A stretch of 63,745 nt of DNA, the filler included, from Octopus bimaculoides (Eukaryota): assembly GCF_001194135.2 (NCBI RefSeq). It is 6 parts of 6 records of this genome, joined end to end, with 100 filler letters (N's around TTAATTAATTAA, not from the genome) between each part and the next. Parts side by side here need not be neighbours in the genome. Positions count along the whole stretch, not along the records: positions 1 to 21,615 come from NC_068982.1; positions 21,716 to 34,726 come from NC_068984.1; 4 more parts are not named here. One strand, written 5' to 3'. This document shows positions 13,916 through 28,912 of this stretch, piece by piece. Below the pieces are notes generated by a model. It saw nothing but the letters and a program-made list of their open reading frames with translations, was not told the DNA's origin and did no database searches. Positions within the stretch are counted from its first letter, which is position 1, and every line of letters begins with the position of its first letter. The position numbers were made by a program, and so were the translations under genes.

Positions 13916-14513
13916 TACATATATATNNNNNNNNNNNNNNNNNNNNNNNNNNNNNNNNNNNNNNNNNNNNNNNNNNNNNNNNNNNNNNNNNNNNNNNNNN
14001 NNNNNNNNNNNNNNNNNNNNNNNNNNNNNNNNNNNNNNNNNNNNNNNNNNNNNNNNNNNNNNNNNNNNNNNNNNNNNNNNNNNNNNNNNNNNNNNNNNNN
14101 NNNNNNNNNNNNNNNNNNNNNNNNNNNNNNNNNNNNNNNNNNNNNNNNNNNNNNNNNNNNNNNNNNNNNNNNNNNNNNNNNNNNNNNNNNNNNNNNNNNN
14201 NNNNNNNNNNNNNNNNNNNNNNNNNNNNNNNNNNNNNNNNNNNNNNNNNNNNNNNNNNNNNNNNNNNNNNNNNNNNNNNNNNNNNNNNNNNNNNNNNNNN
14301 NATATATATATGCATATATACATGCATATATGTACATACCTACATATATACGTATATACACATGCATATATGGGTACAGGTCGTCAAAAAATAGGTGAAC
14401 AACATGAAACGGACGCGTTTTTTCGAACAACGAAAGAGACTATTAGAGAAACGAGACAGGCAACATAAAGAACAATCCCTTCATCAGTTGTCACCTGTCT
14501 TATCTAATCCGCG

Positions 14514-14555
<42 letters not shown>

Positions 14556-16080
14556 TACTGAACAATCACATGCATTCATATATGTATACGTATTTATGTA
14601 CATATCAATGCATATATATACATTTATATATTTATCATATGCGTGGAATATGTATGCGTCTGTGTATGTGTCTATATTCATGTACTAAGCTTAATTTATA
14701 AATTCGTTTCTTTTTAAAATAGGTGGTTACTTTTGAGAGCCTGTGTATATATATATATGTGTGTGTTTATGCATATATTTGTGTGTGTGTGTGTGCGTAT
14801 GTATGTGTGCATGTGTTTATTTGCAGACGGCAGTATAAACTAATTATTTTGTTTTGAAGTTTACCTTAATTACAATTTATTTTAAATGATGTTTATGTTT
14901 ACCTCTAAGGCTTTCAATTTTAAACATCCTCAATCAACGTCTGATATCAATGTTTTAGTCTACTCATTTCTAATTTCAGTGATTATGATATTTAATAACA
15001 ATTGTATAATTTTATTGTGTGATCTCTAGATTAAACTGAGAATCAGAGAATATTACAAATTTCACTTTTAATAAAGTATATTAAATTTTATGTCATATTT
15101 ATACCGGTTAATCATCGCTTTATGTCTGTATAATAAAATATATTTGGGGGGATATTTTCTATTACTGAGCTATTCAATTTATCTTTGTTGACTCGTCTGC
15201 TGGTGCTTTACACTCTAGTCTTTGGTATTATGATATCTTACAATGGTACTCTTTATATAGTTACACAATTTAGTATTTGTATCTTGTGTCTAACAGAGAT
15301 AATTTTCAGTCATTAGGGAGATTATTTTATGTTTTAAAAAGTTTTTTGATTTATCGCTTCTTCCTACGTTTGAGCGACTTTCACTTTTCATACGGTGTCT
15401 TTTCATAATAAATACTACCATTGTGTGCAGTCAACTGACAAATATATCGTTGTACTTAGTCAAAAGAAGTCATTGTTATTGTTTTTTATAGTTTCCTGGT
15501 TATAAGTTTCAGAAACTATAATATTAAAACAGAATATCAGGCAGGAAATAATTTTTAAAAAAACTTAACTTTATTATTGATGTTTTTGAATAATATTTCG
15601 CTGAAAACTTTCAAAATATTTGTATATTGCTTTTCTTCCAGTTTCATTTCGGTTCCAGTAGGTGTGCGTTATATTTGAAGCTTAGAATACGGAATCAAAA
15701 ATATGACGTCCATTAAACAATGAGTGTTAATGTAGGCACATTTAATAATTAGTCACAGCTAGTTTGTCATCTCGAAAAAAATATTGTTCTTTCGGTTATA
15801 GGCAAGTAATTGTTTAATGAATTAAAGAGAAAGCGTAGTGTGATAACAATATAAAGATTTAAAGATAAGTCTGAGCAAGAGAAGTGGTTTGAGAAGGTTA
15901 GATATTTGTGGTGCAAGGTGAATGATAACAGAGAAATAATTGAAGAATAAAAACAGTGAGTATTTCAAGCCAGGCATATGTTGAAATAAAGATGGGAAAC
16001 ACACCGATAAGTAAAGAAACGGAGACAAAAGCCAACCGTATTAGAATATCCCTAATGCATAGATACTTACAAACCGCATG

Positions 16081-16151
<71 letters not shown>

Positions 16152-17130
16152 GAGAGATGGACGAGATTGTGTAAATAGGTCAGATGTTTGGGAAAAGAAG
16201 TGAACGAAATGGGGTAAAAATTGTAGATAGGAATTGCAAGCAATGAATATTTAAAACCATGTTCGTGGAATTAATGGTGTTCAATAAAGATAGGTGAACG
16301 GTAAGTGGATAAAACAATAGAAACATTCCAACTACACAATGAAAAGATATTTAGGTTTAAAGGGGCGGGCAAAAGAAAATACATGATATAAGAATTGCTG
16401 AATTACTTGACCATTAGTTACCAACAAATTCATATTGAATAGAATGTACATCCATAAGGTCAAACCCCAGCGCAATGAGAACAAATACATGAATATATGA
16501 TCTCATACATATAAAATCATCATACACATAATGCTGACAAAATATTTGTAATTGTACAACTGAAGGGACGACTACAATAGCATAGCTTCTAAGAGACGCT
16601 AGTCACCGGAATGAAGCTGAATAGGCAGGATCTCTATAAGAAGACCATTGGGCGGACTGTATGCATTGAACAGAATGCAATCTGTAGCAATTGTTAGAAC
16701 TACATCCCTGATGTAAAGATAACACATTATCCTTTTCTGATCACCCCAACAAAGGAAAGTATTTACTCACGTCATTCTGCATTTGGCATTCATCATTATT
16801 TACTATAATTTGATTACTATACTCGCATTATGAAAATATATTAAGTACTTTAATGTAGAATGTACAGTTGAAAGAAATTCACATCATTATAAAAGTGTCT
16901 ATGGATGAATGCTGTGTACCAATTTCGATCCTTCAGTCAAGCAATGTACAAGCCCCTGCCTTCTTCAGCTCAATGTTTAATTAAATTCGCAATATAAAAA
17001 CACTTAAATCAATTACAACTCTTCAAGTACTTCTCTTCGAACTAATAATGTTTTTTTAGCCAACATAATATCTTTTGCAATTAGAAATGCTTTTCACGAA
17101 ATTGGCATCTAAAAAACTGTCGACATAATA

Positions 17131-17510
17131 CCGGTTTTAACTTTCGGCACAAGGGCAGTAATTTTCGAAAAGGGAGAACGTCGATTACAGCGACTCCCAT
17201 TGCCCAACTGGTACTTATTTATCGCCCTCGAAAGGATGAAAGGCAAACACAACCTTGGCGGAATTAGAATTCAGAACGTAAAGACGGACGAAATGTCGCA
17301 AATCATTTTGCCCGTCGCATTAAGGAGTTTGCCAGCTCGCCACTTTCCCCGTGGATATAATATCAATAGAATGGTTTCAAATATTTGCACAAGGCCAGCA
17401 ATTTTAGAGACAAGAATTTAGTCGACTACATCGACCCTAGTATCTTGTTTCTTTTATCGACCTCCGACGGACGGATGGTGAAGTCAGCCATATAGAAAAT
17501 TGAACTTAGA
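17131..17510 (-). mobile_element. Two adjacent copies of tRNA-derived SINE family 2 (second degenerate)
   Basis: Reverse complements of GGCGAGCTGGCA head, GTTCTGAATTCTAATTCCGCC B-box region and TTTGCCTTTCATCCTTTCG..GATAAATAAGTACCAG body. Confidence 0.75.
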
Positions 17511-20500
17511 ATGTAAAGAGCCACAAAAAATGCGGCTAAACATTTTCTTCCACGCGCTGATGATTCTGACAGATCATCTTCTTACATAATAACAAAATAA
17601 TACTTTTTATGAGACGAAGTACTGAGATAATTAGTTTTGAGTTACGTCTAACTTGTGAGCTTAAAATATCGTTTGTAACTTCTCGCTAGTCACATATTTT
17701 GCAGATAATCTGTTTCAGAGATACCTCCCAATATATTTTCAAATACCAAGCGTAAATTATTTTCAACCGTATATACATTTTGAGAAGTGGTCGTCACTTC
17801 AAATTTTTGTCTATGTAGCGTTGACAAAATACACTTGCTCATCTCATTACTGTCATTACTGTATTAAATTGTAAATATATAGAAATTAAAATGAGAGAGA
17901 TGGCATTTTAATCCACTCTAATCTAATCATGGTGTATAATTGTTTTCTCGTTCGTTTAAATTTAAATCTTTCTCTGTTTTACTTTCTTACTGTATTTAAA
18001 ATTAAAGTTTGTAATCGAGATGCAGTAAGCCAGAAGCAATCTCTGAACTTGTTGAGATTTCGATCCTCTGTCCATTTTAGCTTGGTATAAAATAATTTCC
18101 TCCGTAATGAAGACTAAATCCTTTGATTAGAGAGAGAGAGAGAGAGTCGGAGAGAAACAGAGAGACAGAGATACAGACAGAGAATTGCGACATCGTCAGG
18201 TTTTTCTCTCTTCTAATGTTTGTGCTTGTACAAAAGAAACCAATATAATAATACTTGTGTTGTTTGCCGAATTTTCGTGATAGAAATATTAGATTCCATA
18301 AAGTGAATAATATACGTCTTAAATCGTAGATTAAATAAGATATGGTTAAAGGGAAATATGTTAATAAATATATAATACATAATCCGAAAATGCTGGAGGA
18401 AATTGTGGAATCAACACAGAAATAAATACTATATTCAACAAAATATGACTGGAAGCGCTTTTGGAAAGCTATTTTTTGGAGATGAAAGTGGATATAACAA
18501 AAGTATTTGGTTAGAAGATTATAGGAATTCAATAACGAGATGAAAAAAGAAAAAAAATAGCGCCTCATAACATTTTTATCTATGATGTAAAACGAGCTGT
18601 AAGTAGCTAAAGTAATATGAAGAATTCTGCTATTTAATCATTAGTTACTCTTTTTTCTATATATACTACAATGCAAAGTGTTGCTAACACAGTACAGTTT
18701 TCTGCTCGCTATTTAAATTTTGCAAACACAAGATATCTATGTAATAACTGACATGTTCGGTTGCAAATGATTCTAATTATGTGTGTGTTATTGCCAATAA
18801 AATCATTTGATTTGAAGTGTATACAATTGTATTTCTTTATTAACATTTAACTATAATTCTTGAATTGATATAGGTGACTGCAGATTATCAGTAGTGAGCT
18901 TGCTCCATCTCCAAGGATGAAATAAGTGATATTTCAATAACTAAATAGCTAATAGAAAAATGAGACCACAATGAGATGAAGAAATGTATTAAAAGCTGCA
19001 GAAATTGTTTGATGAGAATGAAGGTGATTTATCAGAAAACCGAAAGCTGGATTGAGTCAAAGCTTCACTTGTTGAGGAACGAAAACAGTCGATTTCCTTG
19101 ATTATTGGTAGTTAAAATATCCATGCTCGGTAAACGAAAGGTAAAAACAAATTTTGTGTAACTCAGCCAAGCACTACCTTTTGCATTACTTTGCAAGATA
19201 TTTATGCAACGGTGAATTTTGGGGGAATTTGTCTGCGATTCTGAATCCACGAAGCCCTGACATACGCATATTTCGTGAAAGCACAGGATGCAGATTTTAA
19301 ATGCTATTCTGAAAGAAAGCTCAACATCAGCATCAACTATGAACCTGCATTCATATTTACTGTATATTGTGCTTTTAATAGCTGCATATTGTTTTTTCCG
19401 TCCATCGAATAACAGAGGAGGACAGATCCGACTGGTTATAAATCCTGTCTCCTTCCCAGTTGACGATCATCAAAAGCTTAGAAGTCATGCGCGAAAATTC
19501 TAGTGCCTTGTAGGACTTCCCTAGTGACTCTTCGTGATATTGATTGAAAATATTCTGTGTTCTACTGGTACTAGATCATACCGTGTAAGCTGCCTTATGC
19601 AAGAGAGCTTTAGACAATAGAACTGCGTAATGAATTGCGTAATGAAACATCTATAATGAATACAAGCATAATAGATAGAGGTTGAGAACTTATTGCAACA
19701 TCCGTGTGACACTTTTAATCTGTACAAGTAACAGTACTTAGTTTCAGGTGCTGTTTTGCATTCAAGGAATATTAATGTTTCTTGGACAAATAGATTATCG
19801 TTGTACTTGTTTTCAAGTTTCTTTCGCCCTTATTTTCCATAATTTTCCGACTGCAGCAACAGTACACATTTGTGAATGTGTATAAATTATTAATATATTT
19901 GACTGAATTATAAATTAAAATTATAAATCTGTTTAACCGTCTCCTAACATACGAAAACTATTTCGTCAGACGTCAAATAATTATAAGTAAAAATTTCGCA
20001 TCCAATATCCTTTTTATATAAGCGTTCAGTAACGAAATACGAAGCATAACCCCAGGAAAATAATGTTGCTTCTTTAGCACCAAGTAATATCTGAATAAGC
20101 ATTTCACCAATGATTGTTCTGCCTTCTGTTCACTCAAATGTTTAGCGGTAAATTATACACGTACCTTTGACAGCATACCTGATTTGGCTGATATGTCTAA
20201 CTGGTTGAGCTATCCCAGCTATGCAGAAGTTCTCTCGTAGGATTGTTCTATAGTAGTAAATAACAGATTTGTAGCTTCGATATTAAAAATATATTATGTT
20301 ATTTGAATTACTGGGTTTAGTGATTTCGCATAAAATCTAAACACTGATAAACACTTAATCGAAATGTGATTTTCGGTTTTAGATATGAAGCAATGTACTT
20401 ACTGGCAATCATATCAACTTTGCATAATTAAAGCAATAATATTCGTGCGCTTAATAGTCTAAGGATAAAGGTCGGTACCAGTTTGTGTTATTTGGGGACT

Positions 20501-21561
20501 TAAGGCAGCTAGAATAAAATGTCGCCCCAGTTACGTAATGAAACATCCATACCACAGGATGAATTGGTTGAGAATGTATTGCAATATACACGTAATCTTT
20601 TCAATCTGTACATTCAACCATTGTACTTGATTTCAAATGCACTTTTACATTCAACAATCATTTGTTGGCTCACGAACAAATAAATTGCAGTTCTTACTTT
20701 ATAATTTTCTTTTAACATTCATTCTCTTTAATTTATCAACAGCATCATTGTTACACAATAACAAGCGTGAAAATTTGGAAATAGATTTTAACTAAAAAAA
20801 AGTTTAAATAAATTGTTTTAACGCTCACACAAATTGCATTTAATTACAAGATAAATTTAATTATATAAGAAGTGTATTTAGAATAAGGAAAATAACGGAA
20901 CATCCACCCCCCAAAAAAAACAAAAAAAAGAAATCATTTGACTTCAAATTAAAGTCAGCATAACTCGATGTCATTAATTTATGTACCTCTTACCTTTCTG
21001 ACCCCTCGATAAATGCACGTAAATACATTGAAGCAAATAGACGAGAAAAAAGTATTGAATACTGATTGGTGTTAATTTGCTTTTATTTCGATCTTTCACG
21101 TGAGGTGACGCAACGCAAACACAGCCAGCAAAATGTGTAAAAAATAAAGTACAAAATACTTGCTCTAGAAAGAAAATTAATTACGTTAAACACAGTCAAA
21201 ATCAAGCACAATCATGCACTGACACAGACACGCACATATAATACACAGACACACACACACACACATACACATAGGTCTATGTATGCTTGTGAGAGTGTGT
21301 GGATGTGGTTGAGATGTGCGTTTGTGTGTGCTTGCGTGTGTCTATATGCTTCCATGTGTGCTTACACACATATAAAAAGTTCAGCAGTAAATATTTGTTG
21401 ATATTTGTCATTTAACAGCCATTACATTAACAGACACAGACATCCCATATCACAATCACCTTCTGTGTGTGTGCCTCTTTCTCTTTCCCTCTTTCTCTTT
21501 CTTACACACACATACATATACATGCGTAAATATATAAACACATATATATGTTTATATATGT

Positions 21562-21606
<45 letters not shown>

Positions 21607-21615
21607 ATATATATA

Positions 21616-21715
21616 NNNNNNNNNNNNNNNNNNNNNNNNNNNNNNNNNNNNNNNNNNNNTTAATTAATTAANNNNNNNNNNNNNNNNNNNNNNNNNNNNN
21701 NNNNNNNNNNNNNNN
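21616..21715. other. Artificial scaffold linker N44-TTAATTAATTAA-N44 (also 34727-34826, 45581-45680, 58809-58908, 62058-62157)
   Basis: Identical 100-nt design five times; the 12-mer gives stops in all six frames. Confidence 0.95.
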
Positions 21716-21749
<34 letters not shown>

Positions 21750-23141
21750 AAATCTACTTCAGGTGCACTAATTACGTATCTTCTCCAATACTGATCATTC
21801 AAAAATATTCGATGAGCAACATTTGGGTCATATTTGATGAGAGTGCCCGTGCTTGAGAATATTTGACATCTAAAACCTCTATTAAATATCCAGACCAATT
21901 TTATCAATCCCGTATCTCACTCAGTCAGGATCTTTGCCTGGATTGCCCTCATGAGCACTATTTATATAATTTCTATTAGTTCGTTAATGGCATTAAAAAG
22001 GCTGTGAAATACATTTAATTCAACAAGAAGATGGATTCTACATCATCTCTCTTGGGGTAGACTCCACCTCACCAAAGAAATACTCCTTTTGATAACGGAT
22101 AGACTGTCTTTTATTGGAGTTGAAATCCTTATCTGAAAGCTCTTCCTTTTGAAAGGAAATGAACTCTTTGCACTTTTTTAAAGCCTATTACAACTTTTAG
22201 TATTTTTCCCTTTCGTTAAGATCTATTTCTAAAGGAAAAGCAGTAATAGGGGTAGAGATCAAGAACAATCACGATCTGCGGCAACGTTATCTTGTAAGCA
22301 GAAACACAATCACACTAGCTGGCAGCCTTCTTCAGCCGCCGTTTGGTAAGTGATTGTGGTGAATCTGCTCTGTTGAAAAGGATCCTGGTTAATCAGTTTC
22401 AACTGTTTCTGTAGTGCTCTTAGGTGAATCTCATTGTCCCAACTGGTTATAACCGGGAGAGTGAAATGTTGGGACGTACCTGTCGCTGATGATGGAGAAA
22501 CTTGCTTTGACCAATCCAGTGATGTACACACTTCCAGCTTATACTACGGTGGCAATTTAGAACCAGCAACACACATGATTTACTTCCTGTTTAATTGTTT
22601 TTAGCCTTCTGAAAAGAAAATCATTGCGTAACTTTTCCAGGAAGCCGGGCTTCCTGCTGCAGTTGTTGGGTTTTAAAGCCTTCCACTTTGCACCTCCCAC
22701 AAGGTGCAACTCTGGTTTTAGGGTTATGCGTGGTCATTGGATATCTATGTGCTTCTTGATCCTACTCGAACACATATAACTGAATTTTACATTGGCATTG
22801 ACGTCCTACATTAATTGTGACGTGAAAGTGTCTATCGACGTTGTCATAGGTGTTCTTAATGGCGATCCTTATGTTTACCCTCACTGAATATCATGGGACA
22901 ATGTTAGGATTTGAATTTGTACATCGTTCTCTGTTTGAAAACGATGTAGGTGGAACAAAAACGGGGAAAAATAGGAAAACATACAAATACCACGCTGTTG
23001 ATTGAATCCGGAATTTGATGGCAGCGAAACAAGTTTCTTAACCATTCGGTTATGCCCTCGAGAACTCATACACAAGGACACACACACATGCACGCACACA
23101 CTCACACACGCACGCACACACACACATATATATATACATAC

Positions 23142-23189
<48 letters not shown>

Positions 23190-23204
23190 TTGTGTCTATG
23201 CTTG

Positions 23205-23365
23205 TCTCCCCCTCCCATCATGGCTTGGAAACTAATGTTAGTTTGCTTATGTCCCCGTAACTTTGGTCGGCCAGAAGTTATAGTAGAAGACACTGCCCAA
23301 GGTGACACGCGTTGAAACTGAACCTAGAACCATGTGGTTGGGATGCAAGCTTCTTAACGCCTGTA
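23205..23365 (-). mobile_element. CORE-type SINE family 1
   Basis: Reverse complement of GTTAAGAAGCTTGCATCCCAACCACATGGTTCTAGGTTCAGTTTC..CACCTTGGGCAGTGTCTTCTACTATA. A head-only fragment lies at about 22960-23060. Confidence 0.7.
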
Positions 23366-23367
23366 TA

Positions 23368-23400
<33 letters not shown>

Positions 23401-23407
23401 CATATAC

Positions 23408-23439
<32 letters not shown>

Positions 23440-26400
23440 ATGTATGTATATATATATATATATATGTATATANNNNNNNNNNNNNNNNNNNNNNNNNNNN
23501 NNNNNNNNNNNNNNNNNNNNNNNNNNNNNNNNNNNNNNNNNNNNNATATATATATATATATATATATACACCTACATACATGCATACACACACATATATT
23601 TATATTTACATATATAAATATATATATACATACATATATATATATATACATACATATATATGTATGTAGGCATGTGTATGTATATATACATGCACCCATA
23701 TATATGTGTGTGTTTACGTATGTTATACAGGCACACACAGAAGGTAGTCTCTTAGCGATGCTTGAATCGGTAGCCTAGTGGCCAAATCTCCCACTAAAAT
23801 TAAAATTAGTTCTCTTGTAGAAAGAAAAGAGCAGATTGAACATTTTAATCTTATAGATGAAGAGAAAAAAGCAGAAAAGTAAAGAATAAGTGCCCCTACA
23901 GAGCCTTTTGATCATGAGTCTACTTGATCGATTTTCACCGGAGGAAAAATGACAGAGACACCCACATATCGTGCGCACTCACACATACAAACTAATACAA
24001 ATTTTGCACAGACACATTTGTGTACGATATACAGATTGTATTTTAATCATACAATTAACATACTTCTCACAGAAAAACGCGTACAGACACAAGGTGTATA
24101 ACACAGACAAACCCGCATAACAGCGAAAACTGGATACTTCACTTGACACACATAGTTCAATATAGTGCCAAGCTCGTTATTCATTTCAAATCACCTCTTT
24201 ATATAATTTAAGTATTAAAAGAAAAACAGAAAATAAACGCACTGCAGGAAATAAGACAGTTGCAGAGACCGTTCCTATATTTAAACCATTTCATTGTGAA
24301 AGTTTATAAACAAAGAATACATGAAATAACAGTAACAAAAGGAATGGCGAGCGGCTACTCACAAAATACATGAAAAGATAAAATATATTTATTTACACAC
24401 ACTCCATTTACAGGAATCTATACACACATGCGAGAAATACGGTCATTGTTTCAAACAATGGGGGAAGCTATATGTTTCCCTAAAAATTGCAGTATCACCC
24501 CTTTTAACCCTTTGCCTCTTCAGGGGATTTCCGTATAGTCGTTCTAACGTGCATGCTTCTTTTCAGAATTTTGTTTAGCTCTTGTTTCATACGCTCTGAG
24601 GAATATAGAGCTTGCCTTCATAAGTCCTAACTCATCCTGATAGCTGAAAAAAATTGGGATTGTTTATCATATAAGATGCATGGGCGCGAAGAAAAATATG
24701 TCTTGTGTATAACACGCGATACACAAGACATATTTCCTTGGTACTCATGCATCCTGTGTATCACTCGTGAAACAAAGTATAAACAAAGAGTTAAATCACA
24801 CATCACCGTCTTAAAGAAAGTAAGAAAAGGTCAGATTGCGTTTATTCGAAGCACATTATATCTGAATCGAAATGTTATGTCTGGACTATCCTTGACCGAA
24901 AGTCTGTTCAATTGGTATTAGCTTGGAGCCGATATCTTTATTATAGTAACGCCGATATCTTTATTATACTAAGTCCAATGACATTGACAATTCCCTCTTG
25001 TTTAAGAAACATAGACAAGGAATTTTATGGGTAGCTAGAATGGAGCAGACAGTTCAGATTTAGTAAGAGTATATATTCTACACGCAGTGGTCAAAAAACG
25101 ATCTACTTCTGAAAGACTTTACGGAGATACATGACATGGAACAGCATGAACAGAATCAGGGTAAAACGGATAGATATTAAAGAATTTAATTTGAAAACCA
25201 TCAGAGATATAAAGCATGAAATGCAACAGTACAAGTAAACACTGGTAAACTCTACTCCCACGATAGATGTAGTAAAATAATAAGATACACGAAAAGAAAC
25301 TGCACACACCAGAGTAGGATAAAACAGCTCACTACAAGAAATATTAGCAGTCGTGTATATAGTCTATCATTGGAGAATGGCATAAAGAAAAGCACGGGCA
25401 ATATTACAATAGAAGTATCTCTAGGTAGTTTTAGTGAGTACAGTGCAATCTATTTCAATGATATTTAAAATAGAAAGAGAAATTGAAAATATTTCGAATA
25501 ATCCTCCTCACAGTTTAAATGCCTTCACAAATGTAAATAGAATGTTTCTGTTACTGATTAGCAAACATTCCCTACGCACACATAATGTCTTGTGTTGTCA
25601 TAGAATCTTTATTCTTAAAAAAATAAAAAAAATATAAAAAAGAAATCATATTCTGTTAAGGTTAGATATAGCTGTTTGGGGAATAAAGGATCACAAATAC
25701 CTAGCCACAAATTCATAAATGTGACAGAAACAATCCAACCGGAATGTAATTGTCAATACAGGACTTGATGTCCTGTAGGGTGAAAATATTTGCTAAAAGA
25801 AATAATGAAATAAATATAAATTTAGTAGATAGTTCGGGAAATACATATACGGAGTTGTCGAAAACCATTTTAAAACTTGATTAATACAATACAGTCAGTT
25901 GCTTAAAACCAAGAGAAAAAGAGTGCGACACTACTTTCAAAACTCATTTCATTTTGAAAATAAAACGGCTAAATCAGTCTTGCGATACAATAGAGAATTG
26001 TTTGCAAAGGTAAAGACAAACAACGGTCAACAGTTGTATATGGATAACTGAAGGTCCCGGCCCTGCACGATGATATTTTGAATGTATGGAAAGAAATTTC
26101 CTTACTCTCTGGGAAATGGTAGTAAAATCTCCCTCCATCACTATCTTACTGTCTTAATGTGAGTGAGGCATGAGAAATTTACTCTCTCATATACAAGAGG
26201 ACAAGATTGCCACGCTTGGAGAGTTGTAAGTATAGTCTCAATTCCAGTATCATTAGCAATATAACTGATGTTGCTTAAATAGAAATCAAAATCGATAGAG
26301 ATAATTTAATTAAAAATTATTATAGAATTCGTAATTCAGCAGATGGGTACACAGACACATTTTGAATTCTTAACTGATATGTTTTTATGAACACTGAAAT

Positions 26401-26811
26401 CAGAACATAAACGGTCCAAACTAGAAAGGGTAAAATATGTTGTCTGATGTTCTCACAATTTCAGCAGCACATTGAAAATTCAGCCTAAATAATTAGCAAA
26501 TTTTAACGGAAGCATATGTCATAGGACAGCCGATTAAATATCAACACCAGCATAATCATGGAAATTTTCTCTATAGTTTTAGGAAATAAAGTAAAGCCGA
26601 CTCCTGAGAGAACTAAACTAACAGACCTGTGTGATAGAAGTAATCAATGCAGGCTTGCAATCCGGTGTTCAATATTTTCACCATCTCTCCTGCATTCTGA
26701 AATTGTAGATTTGTGAAAATAGATCTACATGAGACTGATGTCTTCCTATATTAAAGGCCGTTGACGCCTTTTCTTAAAAACCTGTGTCACTGATATAATT
26801 TGCTGAGAAGT

Positions 26812-26880
<69 letters not shown>

Positions 26881-27735
26881 AGGTTGGCTCTAAGAGAGAA
26901 CGAGGTGATGACTTATCTATTTCTGACAGTGAGCGCAAAAAATATTTCACTTGTTATCACCAGATTGCTGTTGCCGTTTCTCTTCACTGCTTTAGTTTTT
27001 AACTTGCTTACTCCTTCCAGCTCTTCTGGTGCTCATTTAAGTGATGGGGATTACTACGACAAACGATGCACCTAAACTTTTGGCCCTGTAGTTCATGCTT
27101 CTTGCTTCGACGCCTTGTACTAGGTACAGTACCAGAATGACATTGTAACCTTTTGGTGTCATTATGATTTGCATAACCTCTGACTAAATATCAGCTTTCG
27201 TTAACTTTGCTTCAATTATGGCAATAGAAGTGTCGCCACTACGCATGAATCTACGTCGTTTAAAACGTCTCTTATTCTATTGTTTTAATTGTTACTTTAA
27301 ATCATATGCTGGGAGTACATATACTGTGGCACCAATGTGTAGTCAAAAGTATGGCTGGCAATTTCAGCCTATTGCGGCTGCATTTTCTGTTTTAAAAGCA
27401 CAGTAGATTGTTTCAAACTTTTTTACTTTTTTCACTTCTGAGATTTTTTTCCGATACGTAGCGGAGAGCTTGTTTCAGTACTTGGCCTGTAAGAAAGTTT
27501 ATTTCGTTCTTTTGTAAGTTTTAAATAATTTTCCGTTTTGCCCTCAGTGGAATCTTCTCGTGTAGCAAAGAAACGTTTTTTCAGGAATACAAAAGACTCT
27601 CATCATGTGTTTTGGTTGTAACTCTAATATATCTAAAAATTCCTTTTGTTCTTTACGTATTAATGGACGTTTACTCTTCACACACATATTGTATGAACTG
27701 ACTTCAGTATTTGATTTTGTGTTTAGTTACTAATA

Positions 27736-27803
<68 letters not shown>

Positions 27804-27805
27804 TA

Positions 27806-28912
27806 TCAGGACCGAAATCGCAATCAAAAGTGCAAAAGAAAAAGAATGAGGAGGAGAAAAGATGTAATCAAAATAGTAATAGAATGCTGGCTGAGAATTG
27901 AGCCAAATACAAGAAGCCTCATGAATCGAATGAAGATTATATGGGATGAAAAAGGAGGTTTTCGAGCATCTGCCCAGCGACTGATAGACCAAGCAAGAGC
28001 AATCCGTAGGATCGACTGGATTACGAGAGTAGAGATTGAAGAAATTCAGAGAAAGATAAAAAAAAAAGAAGAGTAGAGTGAAACAGTAGTAACAGAAAGC
28101 GGTAAAGAAGGGATAAGAGATGAAAAACAGGAAAGAGATAGAAACAGCAGAGTACCAAAGAATACTGATGAAGTATCTAATGAGGACGATCTAGATGTCC
28201 TAGTGACAGTTAATACTGCACACGTCTTGAATGACGAAGAGAAGGTGACTTTATAAATGTTGCAAGGTAAAATGACTGACGAGTACAATGAAGTACCACC
28301 AAATGTAAGATATAAGGGCAGAAAAAAGTGCGGAGAGCCACAGGCAGTGTAAGTAACGTTTTAAGCTTGATTAAAACAGAAAACATATGTGAAAGAGACC
28401 AGTTAATCATAGCTGTTGCTAATCTTGTAGCTAACTTAATAGGCTACAAGCGAAAAACTGAAGATATGAAATCAAATGAAAAGAAAGAAACAAATTGGTG
28501 GGAGGAAATACGAATGAAGCTGGAAAAGGCACGGAAAGAACTGGGCCAACTGAATAGGATAATGAAAGGAGAGCTCAAGAATACAGTTGGAATGAGAAAA
28601 TTGAATGGAGAGTACAGGTTAGAAGTAAGGGGAAATTAAACAGTACTTTAAGAATTGATATAGAAGGTGACAGCGTTACAAGCCAGTAATTGTAGGGGCA
28701 CTGGTAGCATTAGCAACTACGTTTAAGAAAATTGTTGGAGAAACTGGGATTGGCAGGAGGTTAGAACATGCCCACAAAATAGCTATATTGGAGACTGCGG
28801 GGATCTTGCAATTGGCACTAAGGTGTTAAGTATCGTGGACAGGTTACTGTCTGCTCTTACAGAATTGATCGGAGCAAGTGAAATCGAGAGCAGCGAGAAC
28901 TGAAATGGAAGT
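27806..28912 (+). mobile_element. Internally deleted R4/Dong-like non-LTR retrotransposon flanked by (AAT)n/(AAC)n
   Basis: N-terminal 'VIECWLRIEPNTRSLMNRMKIIWDEKGGFRASAQRLIDQARAIRRIDWITRVEIEEI' and 'WWEEIRMKLEKARKELGQL' joined at about 28680 to a C-terminal 'VGAL..LEHAHKIAILETAGILQLALRC*'; RT domain absent. Confidence 0.75.

Noticed and set aside
18077-18568. 163-aa hydrophobic ORF
   Set aside because: Composition (F, I, Y, L) expected from AT-rich antisense DNA; includes a GA microsatellite; no family motif.
21990-22880. Coding-like minus-strand stretch
   Set aside because: Several stops in all frames and no motif I can identify; possibly an old LINE or pseudogene.
26880-27720. Possible degraded transposase on minus strand
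   Set aside because: Protein-like fragments but no catalytic motif or termini recognised.
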